Positions 22,351 through 35,461 are shown, numbered from the whole stretch's first letter. The stretch: DNA of 60,136 bases, filler included, from Sphacelaria rigidula (GCA_964200075.2; 6 parts of 6 records of this genome joined end to end with filler, not necessarily neighbours in it), one strand, 5' to 3'. Program-made: numbers and translations. The notes: generated from the sequence alone by a model not told the origin.

Positions 22351-23573
22351 TAAGGTTGTGTTCGGTAGGGCACGGTTTTCTGTATACCCGATGTTTTCCC
22401 CCGGGTACTTACCGCACCCGACAGTTCTGTGACTTCTGTAAGACGTTCATATCCTTACGCGATAGTTTTGCAATCTCTGTGTGACTCCCGTACCATTACG
22501 GGGGAGCACGGGTACGCTCTCGATAAGACACCTGACTGGGCTACGTTTTTCTGTGTAACCTCCATACCCTACCCGACAGTTTTGAGAGTTCTGTACATAA
22601 TGTTTACCCTTACCCGGAGCGCGGGTATGCTCTCGAAGAAAAACCCGATTGCCGGTACCGGTTTTCTGTAAGCCTCCCACACTGTACCCGACAAGTTCTG
22701 AAATTTCTATGAAGACTTTTATTCAGTACCGGTACTCGACAGTTCTGTGAGCTCTGTAAGCCTCCCCTACCCCTACCCGGGGCTATGATATACCGTTATA
22801 GATACACGCGTGCCGAAGGACTTCCAGAGGGCGGGCAGTCGTGAATGCTTCTTCATGCACTCTCTGGGAGTGTACGTGAAGCCGATAGATGTTGACGATC
22901 CCGTGCGCATGTACTACTGCAATTGTTCATGTAGTCTTTCTCCATCAACCCCGTGAAGCTACTCAGAGTTTTCGTGAACTGTCATGTGTATTTCGCCACT
23001 GTTGTAATGACGTAGGTCCCACCACAGGGGTGATGAGGATACCAAGGTCGTGCTTCGTAGGGTACGGTTTTCTGTATACCCGGAGTCTTTTCCCGGGTAT
23101 TCGCCGTACCCGACAGTTCTGTGAACTCTGCAAGACCGTCATACCCGTACCCGATAGTTCTGCAATCTCTGTAATATCTTCACACCCCTACCCGATAGTT
23201 CTGTGAGTTCTGTAAGCCCTCCGTACCGTTATCGGGAGGCACGGGTACGCTCTTGATAAGATACCCCGTTGCGGGTACGGTTTGCTGTGCAACCTCCATA
23301 CCCTGCCCAACAGTTTCTGTGAATTCTGTAAGCCTCCCATACCCTAACCCGACAGTTCTGCGTACAAAACCTTTACCCTAACCCGAGGGGTGGGTATGCC
23401 CTAAAAGAGTTACCAGATTACCGGTACCGGTTTTCTGTAAGCCTCCCATACCGTACCCGATAAGTTCTGTAATTTCTTCTAGACTTTCATACCGGTACCC
23501 GGCAGTTCTGTCAACTCTGCAAGGAATGTTATACCCCACAGAACGTACCCGTACCTCACAGAACACAACCTTG
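22351..23573. mobile_element. hAT-like non-autonomous composite element with 8-bp TSD and TACCCG-rich subterminal repeats
   Basis: TIR (C/T)AAGGTTGTGTTC / GAACACAACCTTG; flanks GAATTTTG and GAATTGTG; a second left end sits at 23043. Confidence 0.7.
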
Positions 23574-26500
23574 GAATTGTGGGTCTTATGCGTGAACCAG
23601 CCTGTACGCTATTCTATTAATATATGGGTTTCGAACGAGACATGTTCCAACGAAATAGCACAGCGTTCCTGTGTTGTAGGATGAAAGCGCAGTCGTGTTC
23701 GAGACACTCGAGGCTGTGTGTGTGTGTGTGTGTTGTTACTTTATTTACTTCGTGTTTATTTTCCTTATTCTTTTGGCGTTTTTCTGATATCTCAAAAAAA
23801 ATATCTAGTGCGTACCTAACGGGATCAACAGGAGTTCACAACGCAGTACTTTCGCCGACTAATCAGGCACGTATACATCCGTCATCCAAGCATTCGGTTA
23901 GGCTACACATTCCTTCGACCGTCATCCGGAACAAGATCCTCGGGCATGTGTGAGGAATGAAGAATTGACCACCCTACTATCCATTTGGGCTTCTGTTCTC
24001 GATGTATTTTACGATCTTGTCATGCACTAGCGCACATGCCATCTTGTATCCGTATTTTTGTGAAAAGGGGGTGAGACCTCGGCAAGGCAATTTGTGTCAA
24101 GTTTTCGTGTATGGGCAGCATGCACAGCTCCGTTATTTTCTGGCTTAAATGTGTGTATATGTACATGTATCACTTAACTTTTTTCACCACTTTTGCCGAG
24201 TTTCCTCGGGCGGCAAGGCATCTCATCACGGGCTTTCTTTTGCAGTGCACGAAGGAGGCGCAGCGGTACATTGCCTTTCAGGTTTGGGTGTTATCTGATA
24301 ACTGTGGCGCGTGCTCTGGCCATCGAAAGTCGCCCGCACTGGCCCTTTTTTGCGGGGTGTCGGTCCCGGGCTACAAAAGCCTTCCCAAGTTCATGAAACA
24401 CTTCAAGCAGCAGGATGATTGTTGGCGGGGTATTTTCCCCCCGTGTTTCTCCTCGTCGAGTTCTCGTTCATGTGGGAGCACGAGTACACCGCTCATGCCG
24501 CCAATTTCACGCGAACGTGAGAACAATGCAGTTGAAAACAATTGAACATTACCTTGGCCTTAGTCACCAGCAAACACCAGACCGTGCGGTGAGCCTTTGA
24601 CGAGTTGAACAAGGCACACACGTGGTCAAACGTCCCCACCGTGGGTCAACTGTGTAAAACCACCAAAGCGGGGTGCCGAAATCCCTGTGGTCATGCAACC
24701 GGGAGGATGTATCTGTGAAGTACTGGCGCAGGGATATCCTTGTGACAGGGTTGACAGGTTTGTCCTTGTGGCAGGGATGACAGGGAGAATCATACGAGTA
24801 CGCACCTCATGTATCTTTCGACGGCTTCGTACTTTATTTCAGTGCAAGTCAAGCGTTACTTTGCTTGTGGATTCCTCCGCCGTGTCTGAACGAACCAGCC
24901 TGAAGATTGGCACAGAGGTAGACCACAACACAGACAGCATATCCCCGGAGCGGCGGCACGTTTTACGTGGTGCACCAGACGCACGAAGTGAAAACGGATT
25001 CTGGGCAATGCTATCGATACCCCCTCAAAACGGAGTCCCCTCCGCCCACTCTGTGTGAAACGTCAGTGGATGCATGTATAGACACGCAGATGCGCTCCCT
25101 TCCACATCATGACCTGCTGGGTGGCTCCTGCCCCGGCATACAAGCATCGATCCGTATTGGGTACACTCTGGATGATGTCATCTTCCGCGGTACCTATCTT
25201 GGTATCGCCTTTAGAGGTACTCACTTCAGGAGGCATGGTCGTGCAAGCGCTGTCGGTGCTTTTACGCGCAATATATAATATGTACATGTACAGGCTTGTT
25301 CACGCTTATCACCCAAGAAACACTCATCGGTACAACTTCACGCCGGTTTAAGGAGTTAGACCCTGAAATTTTACACGAATGTTCTATGGATCATAACGCA
25401 ACTTTGCAGGCACGGTTTCTTTTTCTTTTTTGAATTTTTCACCGTTTTTCGGGGGTTCCACTTTTTCGGGGGAAACCTCGACCCAATCGGACCCCCGTAA
25501 AGCGGTAACAGAAAAAAGACGTTCCTGCAAAGTTGCGTAATGTCTGAAAGCACAGTTGTGCAAATTTCAGGGTCTAACTCCTTGAAATGGCGTGAAGTTT
25601 TTGGCCTTTGTGCGATGAAGTTTGCCGTACCGCGGTGAAACCGCAAACAACTTGATTTTAGTACCAAAACGGCGTCTTTGGGCCTTCCTTGACGTGAACA
25701 CAGAAATTCAAGTATCAGTTGATCGAGTTTTGCGACGAAAAATTGTGGAGCCCATCCTTGGGTTATGCGGAGGCAGATCGCTAAAAAGAGCAACACTACA
25801 TCGTAGTGCCGTTTTTCTGGGGTCCCAGAATGGAGACTACTTTGAAAAACGACTTCAATCCCGTCGGACCCCCGAAAAACGGTGAAAAAATCAAGAAGTA
25901 CAAGAACCATCGTCCGTGGAAAGTTGCGTAATGATACATAGCATATTTATGCGAAGTTTCAGGATTTAACTCCTAATGACAGAGTAAAATTTTGCGCGTT
26001 TTTGGAGGACATGGGCTTGAAACGTGCAACTCCTAACTACTTGGTTTTAGTACGGAAACGTCTTTTGGGGTGAGTTTGTCGCCAAGGCAAGAAAAACTGT
26101 ATGGGGTTTTCGAGTTTCTCCACCAAACTTTGTACATGTGTTCCTTTGACTCTCCCGGGACGCATCATTTCGTCATTTTTCTTCAAGAGCATTCTGTACC
26201 GCCTTCCGGGGGTCTTCATGCTGGGACCCCCGGAAGCCGGTAGAGAACGGAGAAAACATGATATATTGTCAAGAATACAATTTTCGCATTTTGGGCATCA
26301 ATACCTATGTAACTGCCGAGTTTGAGGGCGATCTGAGCGTTTCCACAACATATATCGGGGACACCGTCACGAGGCTCCCTGGGTCTTTCGTGCGTATCAT
26401 TAGTGGAAATTAGACAACACCCGACATCACCGAAACATCACGGTTTCGGGTATAATTCGACCCCCGTAGTAACCGTTTTAAAAGTATGATTTTCTCGTTA

Positions 26501-27119
26501 GATTCCGGTGTCGATGACGGGTTCTACGATTTGAAGCATGTAGAGATTGGGTGAAAATTGGGCTTGGTATTCGTAATTTTGATCTCGGAACAGTTTGCTG
26601 ATGACACAATTTTGGTTGATCACCGTGAACCAGCCTGTATCATTTCACATTTTCACCGCTTTTGCCGAGTTTCCTCTGGCGGCAAGGCATTTTTCCCCAC
26701 ACGTCTTATTGCAGCGCACCGAGAAGGCTCAGCGGTACATTACCGTTCGGCTTTGGGCGCCATCTGATACCTGTGGTGCGTGTTCTGGCCACCGAAAGGC
26801 CCTCGAACTGGCCCTTTTTCGCGCGGTGTCGATCCCGAACCACAAAAGCCTTTTCAAGATTAATTTTTCCTTAGAGGGTACGTCTATCATGACACAACGG
26901 CTGGACCCCTGGGGGGTCAGTTAAAGTGCGACAATCAATCAATCAAATTAAATCAGATTGTGGGAAACTTGACAAAAAATATATATATTTTCAACTTGCG
27001 TCACCCCCGGGCGGTCCGTACCCACGTGCCGAAGGGGAACCTTGTATCGTATATTACATGTAAGAGAGAAATAAAAAGTATTTCACGAGATTTTTTTTTT
27101 TGGTCGCCTGCAAACGTAG

Positions 27120-27233
27120 GTGGAGGCGCTGTGCGGGTCCTTGGCGCGCTGCCGACCGCACTACGTACGGTGCATCAAGCCCAACAGCACCAAGGCGCCG
27201 CTTGAGATGGACATCGACATGACCACGCACCAG
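27120..27233 (+). CDS. Class I myosin motor domain, exon b
   Basis: tag|GTG...CAG|gtgatg: VEALCGSLARCRPHYVRCIKPNSTK (PHYVRCIKPN motif). Phase 0 matches exon a across a 6.2-kb intron. Confidence 0.93.
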
Positions 27234-27294
27234 GTGATGATATTTTCGTTTCTTTGGTGGTGGTGCTTGCATGCCCTCGCCCCTCCTTCCCCCC

Positions 27295-27367
27295 GTGTGC
27301 TCCATCTCGAACAGATGCGTACGGTAGTCAATGGTCGAATGACTCATGCAAGCAACAAATGAGTACG
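27295..27367 (+). mobile_element. LINE 3'-end fragment with C-rich TSD-like flanks
   Basis: Flanks CGCCCCTCCTTCCCCCC and CGCCCCCTTCTCCCCCC. Confidence 0.6.
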
Positions 27368-28544
27368 CTCCGCCCCCTTCTCCCCCCGAGCGTACGTAAC
27401 CTACCCTGCCCACCTGGATCGAGGTGTTAAGGGTAGGGCAAAGTACAGAGTAGGGTATTTTCGGGTGTCGAAACCCTAGATACCTTGGAATACTGAGTAT
27501 GTCCGGCTGTTGATACCCTGGGTACCCACGTCTGGGTGGTGAGGGCAGGGTGAGAGCAATGTACATGGTGTAATTGCGTGTGTCCATATCCTCGGTACCC
27601 TACAACACTTGGTAATTTGAGGACCGAAGTCTGAATGGCTACGGCGACTCGTGATAAGAGTCAAGCTGGGGTATCGGAAGGAAGGGTCACCCCGTGGGGA
27701 CGGTTTCTACGATAACCCCCCCCCCCCCCCCCCCCCCCCCAAAAAACCCCCAAAAAAACCCCCAAAACAAGGCCCACACACCCCCCCCCCACCACCTCAC
27801 GGGCGTGGGCAAGCAAAAAAAAAGCCCAAAATTGTCACGAAAAAAATGTCCATACAGCGCCTCATGTTCGGTTTTAGGCTGTGCATGAAGCACCTCATAT
27901 GGGCGATATTGGCGAAAACGAACCCAAGCCTGGGAATTCCCAGCTGCTCGGTATGCTTGCTCGGCTTTTGCCGTTTTGATTTACATGTAGATTTTGCCTC
28001 CCCAGACCAGCCATATTTTTGCAGGGGCTATCGTAGAAAGTGTTTGGGACTCGAAGAATACTACCCGGGCAGGAAGGGGGTATACCCTGCTTCGGTGTCC
28101 ATCTCTACACGGAAGCAGCTGTCGTGGCGGATATGCTTGAGGGTAGATCCCGACAATGCGGGGAAGTGGACCGCAAACCCCTCCGTGGTCGAACGCGCAG
28201 TACGAAACTAGAGATGGCGATAGTACACGGCAAGGGTTTCTGTGCCCATCTCCGTGGGGCAAGAGAAAATAAAGGAAATAAACTGAGTATTTTTGGCTGT
28301 CGATACCCTGGAAACTAGGATACTTACTTGAGGACGTTCGGTAGTCGATACTCCGGGCACCGCGGAGTACTGGATACTCCAAAGTACCCTGGCCAACCGG
28401 GGTTACACCCCAGGGTACGTACGTACCCTGTCCTGAATCATACTTGAATATATATGATCTTGTGCTGTTTGAAGTAAGTTGTATATGGCTTGTTTGTTTG
28501 TTTGTCCATCTGCCTGTGCGCCATCATTTTTTGTCCCTGAGCAG

Positions 28545-28630
28545 GTCAAATACCTCGGACTCCAAGAGAATGTTCGCGTAAGGCGACAAGGATACGCGTA
28601 CCGCATGCCCTTCGAGCACTTCATACACAG
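28545..28630 (+). CDS. Class I myosin motor domain, exon c
   Basis: cag|GTC...AG|gtgaga: [29 protein letters not shown]. YLGLxENVRVRR is typical of class I myosins. Confidence 0.93.
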
Positions 28631-28938
28631 GTGAGATGCAAGTTTTGCTCTCCCAACTATCATACGGTGGACGTCGTGTATTTTTTTTTGTTTCTCAAGT
28701 TTTGTTTTCTGTCTTCTGTTTGTCTTTTTTTTTTTTCTGCGTTTTTTCTCGTTCTTGTTCGTCTCACTTTTGTGTTCCATCTGAATTAGTTCGCCTACGG
28801 GTACTACGTATAGCGACGCTCGCGCCACTCACGCTGTTGGTTTGACCTGATGATCATTTTGCCCTACCTCGCCTTCCCTTGCCTTCCCTTGCCTTCCCGG
28901 TTACTTTTTTTTTTTCTTTCTCTTCCATGTTTTGCCAG

Positions 28939-29059
28939 ATATGGCTTCATCTCGGAGTCCACCTGGCCGAATCGCGTGGTTAGGACGCTTTGGCCGGATG
29001 GTACCCCATACAATCCTGCCCACCCGCTGCCACCTACCCACCTCATCAGATATGACGAG
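28939..29059 (+). CDS. Class I myosin, exon d (converter start plus insertion)
   Basis: cag|A TAT GGC...GAG|gtgcct, phase 2 matches exon c: YGFISESTWPNRVVRTLWPDGTPYNPAHPLPPTHLIRYDE. Confidence 0.8.
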
Positions 29060-29798
29060 GTGCCTGTTCCTTTTTTGTCTGTGTTTTTTTTTTCATTCCT
29101 CTTCCTCTCCCTCCCTCCCTCTCCTTGTCATTTCGCTCGTTGCTGGTGCTCTACCATACAATCGATGGGGTTTGGGGTCTCGACTTTATTGTTCAATTTT
29201 TTCTTGTTTCGTTTTTTCTGTTGTATATGATTGCGGTTTCCCCGTTAAATCTCTCCCCATTCACTTATTCCCCTTACTGCGACCGCCGGGATGAGTAAAA
29301 CAGCTTGTATATGTTGGATAGAGCTGTTACTGGTGTTTCTGGTATATTCCACGTAGGCGTGACCAATGATAAGTTGTACAATGATCATGGTTGTGTGGTT
29401 TTGCTCTAGCTGAGTGAGTGACTATTATACCCGCGTCTCCGAAAAATTCCTTCTTACATATGTACTTCACACGGAACACAGATTTTTTTTTTTTTTTTAT
29501 AAGAAAAGTTATTTCTGATTACCCCCGCCCCCCCGCCCCCGCCCCCCTCCTTCTTCCTTCCCAGGACAAACTTGGCATTAATTGGACAATAGAGCATGCC
29601 AGTTGTTCGTATACGAAGTAGACGTCTGTGTCTCTAGCCGGGTACTGTTCGTCGGCACCCTATACACAGATTAGAACAGCTCACGTGTTTCACCTTCCAC
29701 TTGCTCTTTGGTATTAATATCTTTTGTTGTCCCCGCCTCCCCTTCCCCACTGCCCCCCCTCCGCGTCTTCCCCGGGGCTCATTTCGTCTGATATCCAG

Positions 29799-29855
29799 AT
29801 AGTCGAAGAGTACGAAGAACAGGAGGAGGTTAGCAGCGAGGTCAGCCGGTCGCAG
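29799..29855 (+). CDS. Probable myosin exon e (acidic, 19 codons)
   Basis: Pyrimidine tract then cag|ATA...CAG|gtaacg; phase 0/0; IVEEYEEQEEVSSEVSRSQ. Confidence 0.5.
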
Positions 29856-30861
29856 GTAACGAATCCATCGTGTCAAGTACGAACATGGACAGCGGTTGAC
29901 TTGTACCGTTGAATCGTCACCGCGCCCTGATGGTGTAATGACTCGACTGTCACCGTCAGGGTGAAGAAAAAAAAAATGGGTTCAATTCCTGCCAGATGCG
30001 TTATTTTTTTTTTGGGCTCTNNNNNNNNNNNNNNNNNNNNNNNNNNNNNNNNNNNNNNNNNNNNTTAATTAATTAANNNNNNNNNNNNNNNNNNNNNNNN
30101 NNNNNNNNNNNNNNNNNNNNCAGACGAGAAGTAGAAGAGACAAAAATTCAGACGTCCCCCCCCCCCCCCCCCTGCCCTCCCACAACATAACGGTTAGATG
30201 CCAGAGTAGTGGAACGAATACCTGTTCGAATCACCACCCTCCCTCTTGATGCCGCCGCGGATGATGACGGCTTGTTTGGGTATCAAAAAAGCATCACTCG
30301 GCGTTGAATACGCCGTATCCTACGGTATGCGTGTTTGGTCGTACTCTCGTTCACTGTCTTGTTTTAGCGTATTTTTGACACGGTGTTTGCAGATATGTTC
30401 ATTCACGCTGGGCACGTTCTTGCCTCCTCGCACTGACATTTTGTTTTCTTCAACAATTTGATCATCTTCTACCCTTGGTTTGTTTTACCTTTGTGTTTCA
30501 CCCTGGAATTCATCGAAGCACACACTCTATACGTATACAACTTGATCGTTTTTTTTTTTTGTCGTTTTCGTGGAAAACGAACAAAACAGCGATGACCACC
30601 ATTCGTTTTTCCTGCAAGGGTCGTCTTTTCTGTTCTTGTTGTTCCACTCGATCTTGCGATTGAGCAGGCATAATGACTGGTTGTTCACCTCTATTTTTCA
30701 ATACTTCGAGGTTTTTCGAGCATATAAGTGCGCAATAAGACTTTGTTTTTTTTCTTTTTTACGCGTATAGGAATTGAGCGTTGGGCTACAATAAACGCGC
30801 TGTGACCCCCCCTTTTTTTTCGTGCCTTACTGCTTGTTGGTTCCCTCACTAATTCATACAG

Positions 30862-31021
30862 ATGGAAGGTTATTCGTCCCCTGATAGAGGAGCTCCTCTC
30901 TGCTACACTTGATCGGAGCGCTCGAGCAGCTCTGGCCAAAACACGCGCGCACCACAAATACCTGACGACCGTCTACCTCGCGCGGCTAGCTGAGCACATG
31001 CGAATGCTAAACTCGGCGCAT
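30862..31021 (+). CDS. Multi-IQ-motif coiled-coil protein, exon a
   Basis: cag|A TGG...CAT|gtaagt; open helical frame WKVIRPLIEELLSATLDRSARAALAKTRAHHKYLTTVYLARLAEHMRMLNSAH. Confidence 0.65.
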
Positions 31022-31251
31022 GTAAGTTATGCTTGTACGTGCTTATAGATGAGACGTGAATAAGCAACCAACGTAGCACAAGAAAGAGTGACAGTAGCGC
31101 ATGTGGCTCCGCTCGTGTAGCGTTGCCGAGAAGTTTTTTTTGTTCTTTCCCCCGGCATCACTGCAGTACAGTATCAGCCGGTAGATCTTCACATATATAT
31201 ATTTTAAGTTTTGCGATCATGCTCGGTATACCCGTCGTATTTCCGACCGCG

Positions 31252-31284
<33 letters not shown>

Positions 31285-33301
31285 GTTGTTGTCGTCGTTG
31301 TACGGTGGGTGTGTTTTGCCAGGATGTATGAGGTCTCGTCTCTATGTACTTTTTGTGTACCTGTATTTGGTTTGTTAAGCCTTTCGGCACTGAGCACCAC
31401 CTTTACCTTGCAGCGACGAATATTCGGTGAAACATTTTCTCATGCAGGTATGGTTGACAGGTTCTTCTTTTTTTATCATGAGAGTTCAGCCATAACTCGA
31501 GGTTCTCCGACCTGCTCTACCCACGCTTTCGAAAGAAGAGCGTGGAATGGTCGCATTTGTTGATTGATGGGCCCGGAACCTCTTGTATGTGTTCACCAGC
31601 ACGGAGTACCATCGGAACAGTATTTTGTGCGGCCCTCCAGGCAATCTTCGCCTCCAATCGAACCCGCATTGTGTACCCATCATCATCAATCAGCACAAAG
31701 CAAGAGCATTACACGCAACACACAGCCGTAGCAATCGACACACACTACAGGCGGTCCTCTACCGTTCAGTGTCGGGTGCATGCTTCGTGGTCCTGTACTT
31801 GTCTGTAAGCCGCGTTTGCGAGCTGGACCACACAAACCATCAGTTCGGCAAACGTATCCTCGTTATACCCAGAGTTATTTCATTTGGAGGCTGCCAACAC
31901 CGGGTTTTTCTACCATCGACAGCTGACTCACTCACCAATCGTTGTACGGACGATGCGAGCGCCACGCAAAATACCCACAAGTCACATGCTCTACAGGATA
32001 CCGTGACGTAGCACTGGACCATCGATACCACCGATCGATGAATTAACACTAACAATAAGCAAAATAAAAACGCTAATTCGTGTCGACAAAGGGCAAAGAT
32101 GCGCATGACCGGGAAACTTTCCAGGGACGGGCAGCCTACTCCGTAGTACGGATAAGGGTTGTAATACCATGATACGCAGCCCTGCTGGTGATGCTTCAGT
32201 GATGATTTATGCCTGAAACGGAACCGATCAACTGGCCGCTCTCGCACTTGTGCCTGTGTGCTCGTTCTTGCTGTTGTAGGCGGTTCTTGTGCACACGTGG
32301 CGGGGCAAGCTGGCGCGACTAGAGTACTCGTCGCTGAAGGCAGCGACAGTGCGGGTGCAACGTGGGTGGAGGCAGACGGTGCTGCGCTGGTCATTCCAAA
32401 GAGACATGGACGCCCGCATACAGGTGGATGCTTCACTCTTACTACAGTAGTGGTGGATAAGCCGAGTGGCGAGGGAGGTACGTGAAAACCCAGGAGGTTT
32501 CGTGAAAAACCGCACGGCATTCACGCCCAACTGTGATGATTGATGAATGGTTGGTCAATGGCCGTCTTCACTTTTTTGGCTCATCCTCCACGAACCCAGA
32601 GTTCAGTCACAACGAGAGATGTACCCTAAGGGAGTCGCCTCATTTTCTGTTAGAGCCGGATTTTGAATAAAACCTGCGGGGAAGATTGCCTCGTGATAAA
32701 GTTTGCTTCCTCTGTGATCTTGGAGGGTAACCAACCGAAGGGTGTCGTCGTCTCTATTGTCGAAGAATTCTCCGAACATTTCCCACGTGAAACAGGGCGC
32801 ACGCTTGCACACGCTCTGTGAACAATAAATTCCGGAGAGTGTACGCACACGTGGTTTTGAAAATATGCCACAGGCCCCGCCTCGCTGACGTATGATACTT
32901 CTTTTGGAGATAGGTTGAGTGTCGCATACAGTTGGCGTGGTCGCTTGCACTCTATTGGCATATTTTACGCCGTACAGCTTTCCCCTCTCCACGCCCTTGC
33001 CGCGCGCGCCCGATTATATCTCGTTTATAGAGAAAGAGATCGAACGTCGCCTACGCAGGTGCGTGTTGAATTGCCGAAGTATCGTGCAGTACGCATTATA
33101 CGGCGCCCCGTCCTGATCTTTCCCCTAGTTTCTTTCCCCCAGTTTCCGGGTGTGGATCAGTTGTATTCTGTAAGTCGGGACGGGCGGTTGTTCTGATTGG
33201 TGTCTTGTCGTACCGTGTTGCACAACCCATCTAGTACTCTCTCTCTCTCGTCCTCCGGATCGCTTCCCCTCTTTCGATGCCCCCGTCCTCGGACCGCGCA
33301 G

Positions 33302-33526
33302 GTAACCCGCCGGAGAATTGCAGAGCAGAGATGTGCAGCCGCGACGCGCATCCAGCTTTTCCTGGTGAAGCAGGGTGAGAGGCACCGACTGAATGCCCGC
33401 TTCAAGGCGCGAAAGGCGAAGCTGGAGTTCGAGCGCCGCAACCGAGCCGAGTTGGCCTCCGCAGTTCTAGTCCTCTATAAGCCCAGTGCTACACTGCGAG
33501 ACTACGCTGAACGAGACAGCTTTCAG
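33302..33526 (+). CDS. Multi-IQ protein, exon b
   Basis: cag|GTA...CAG|gtgtgg, 75 codons; AAATRIQLFLVK (IQ-like) followed by an R/K/E-rich helix. Confidence 0.75.
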
Positions 33527-33811
33527 GTGTGGGCAGTGCTGTCACCCGTTCGAAGGTCGGGACAGTGACGGCGGAGTAGGAAACGTGGCGATGTACTGTG
33601 TGCGCGCGTGTGTGTGCATTGTTAGGTATGAGGTGGAATATATCGCTCGGAGAGGGGTCTTGGAGGGCTCGCAGTAGTCCTTTTTCTTTCCTCTTCTTTC
33701 TTTTTTTTTTTTCTAGTATTTTTTTATTTTATTTTATTTTTTGTACCGCGTCTGTGTGAATTGTTCCTGGGTCTGATATATTGTATGATTTTTGTTTTAC
33801 CCTAGCTTGGG

Positions 33812-33916
33812 GTAGTTAGCCCGTGACCACGGAAGGCGTCCGCATCAAATGCCCAGTGCAAAGTGCTGCGCGGATATCCGAACGGTTTTTAGTGTGAAGA
33901 CAACAACAACAACGGC

Positions 33917-33981
<65 letters not shown>

Positions 33982-33985
33982 CCAC
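33812..33985 (+). mobile_element. Retroposon 3' end with (CAA)n tail; a second copy lies at 16247-16368 (-)
   Basis: Shared GTGACCACGG.AGGCGTCCGCATCA.ATGCCCAGT...GTGAAGAC(AAC)n. Confidence 0.7.
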
Positions 33986-34243
33986 GATGCCGGGTGACTC
34001 TTGCTTGTGTTTGCTCTGCACGATAGAGCGAGCTATAGATTCTCTCGGAACCAACGGTACGTCTCTCCGCGGCATTATTGTTTTCAGAGGGGTATTGAAT
34101 GTGGCAATGATATATCATGCTCACTCATCCTCCTTCCCTTGTTCGACTTTTGGAACGAGTATACGCATATGTGTACGCCGCGATCACGTTCATCCCTCAA
34201 GATACGGCAAACGACCCCCGCCCCCCCTCCTCCCCCCTGAGTG

Positions 34244-34742
34244 TTGGCGTCGGTTGGCAACAACACTGTGAAACGCGCCACTCACTGCGTAAGCTAGGCC
34301 ACCAGGTGATCGTATTTTTTTCGCTTGCGTTTTTTTTCTGCGGTAACCATGATGGTGGTGGAGCTAGATCATATTGTGCGGGGTGGAGAGCTAGAGAACA
34401 CCGCGCGAATGGGATGGTCGTGCGACGTGGTGTTCATATGATGAGACACCCATGAGGCAGTGTATAACCCGTCGCAGTCTCTGGACGTGGCGATACCAGA
34501 GAGTAAAGCAACTTATTCGAGGCTGTCATTCATATGCGAGATAATCAGTACGCTTCGGACCAAAAACTCTTGGCGGGATGCTGGTCACCCTTCGTACGAT
34601 TCGCAGAACACATGACGGCGGTTCGCGCTCGGCGATTATTCACGAGCCTGGTCCGGCGAAAATCCGACATGCTTCGTCCCGGTTACGTAGGGATGCGAGG
34701 TCAATGGTGTTATGGCTACGGCATGCAGAATCATGAGTACAC
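34244..34742 (+). mobile_element. ~500-bp non-autonomous SINE-like element sharing the LINE 3' module (full copy)
   Basis: Colinear with 36910-37376; both start TTGGCGTCGGTTGGCAAC; ends ...ATGAGTACAC followed by C-rich sequence. Confidence 0.75.
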
Positions 34743-34882
34743 TCCCCGCGTCATGGATATATCATTGCTCATACACTTGACTTGCCCCGCTCCCCCCGCT
34801 TGTCATCATCTCTGATTGACATGCGCCGACGCGAATGACATATGAACCCGCATGTCGGTCGGCTGTTGCCCAAACTACATAG

Positions 34883-35109
34883 GCGATGGACGATGCCGTC
34901 CGTCCTGCCGTAGCCGTGGCTCGCATCCGTGCCCTGGCGGAGTCTCGCGGAGGATCGCTGGAAGACGTTTCCACTGCGGCCAACGCCGCTGTTGCGGCGG
35001 GCACCGACGGAGGGTTCGAGGGAGAGCTAGACGAGCGACTACGCGGCGAGCTGGCGCGCGCTGTGGTGGAGCAGGATCGCACTCAGAAGAGGGCGGCTGC
35101 GCTTGTCCA
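34883..35109 (+). CDS. Multi-IQ protein, exon c
   Basis: tag|GCG ATG GAC...CA|gtgagg; AMDDAVRPAVAVARIRALAE...QKRAAALV(Q). Confidence 0.75.
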
Positions 35110-35123
35110 GTGAGGGACAGTTG

Positions 35124-35155
<32 letters not shown>

Positions 35156-35319
35156 GGTGGTGGTTGTGGCGTTTATGCGCGTTTTTTCGATATTCATTCC
35201 CCTATGCAGCAGTTGCGGCTTCATGGCATTCAAAAGTACAATGCGCGATGTCACAATCCGCCATTTCTCCCCCACTCTTTTTTCCCTCTCGCTTGCGCGA
35301 AATTGCTAACGACAAAAAG

Positions 35320-35461
35320 AGGTGCATGGAGGCGCAAGCAAGCGCGGCGGGAAATGGAGGAACGCTGCCGACGGAGGAAGATACAGATGGAGAACGACCG
35401 GCGGGAGAGAGGTGCACGGCAGGTTCAGCAATACTGGAAGAGCTCGTGTCTGAGGGGAGAG
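35320..35461 (+). CDS. Multi-IQ protein, exon d (probable GC donor)
   Basis: Branch-like gctaac then aag|A GGT. Joining completes the IQ motif AAALVQGAWRRKQARR and adds GARQVQQYWK. Ends GAG|gcgagt. Confidence 0.65.

Noticed and set aside
32150-32990. Minus-strand peptides (FRHKSSLKHHQQGC; WEMFGEFFD) as a zinc-finger or transposase relic
   Set aside because: Too short and degenerate to assign without a search.
32874-33058. Extra exon of the IQ gene
   Set aside because: It has a donor-like site, but its phases are not clearly compatible, and the flanking exons join in frame without it.
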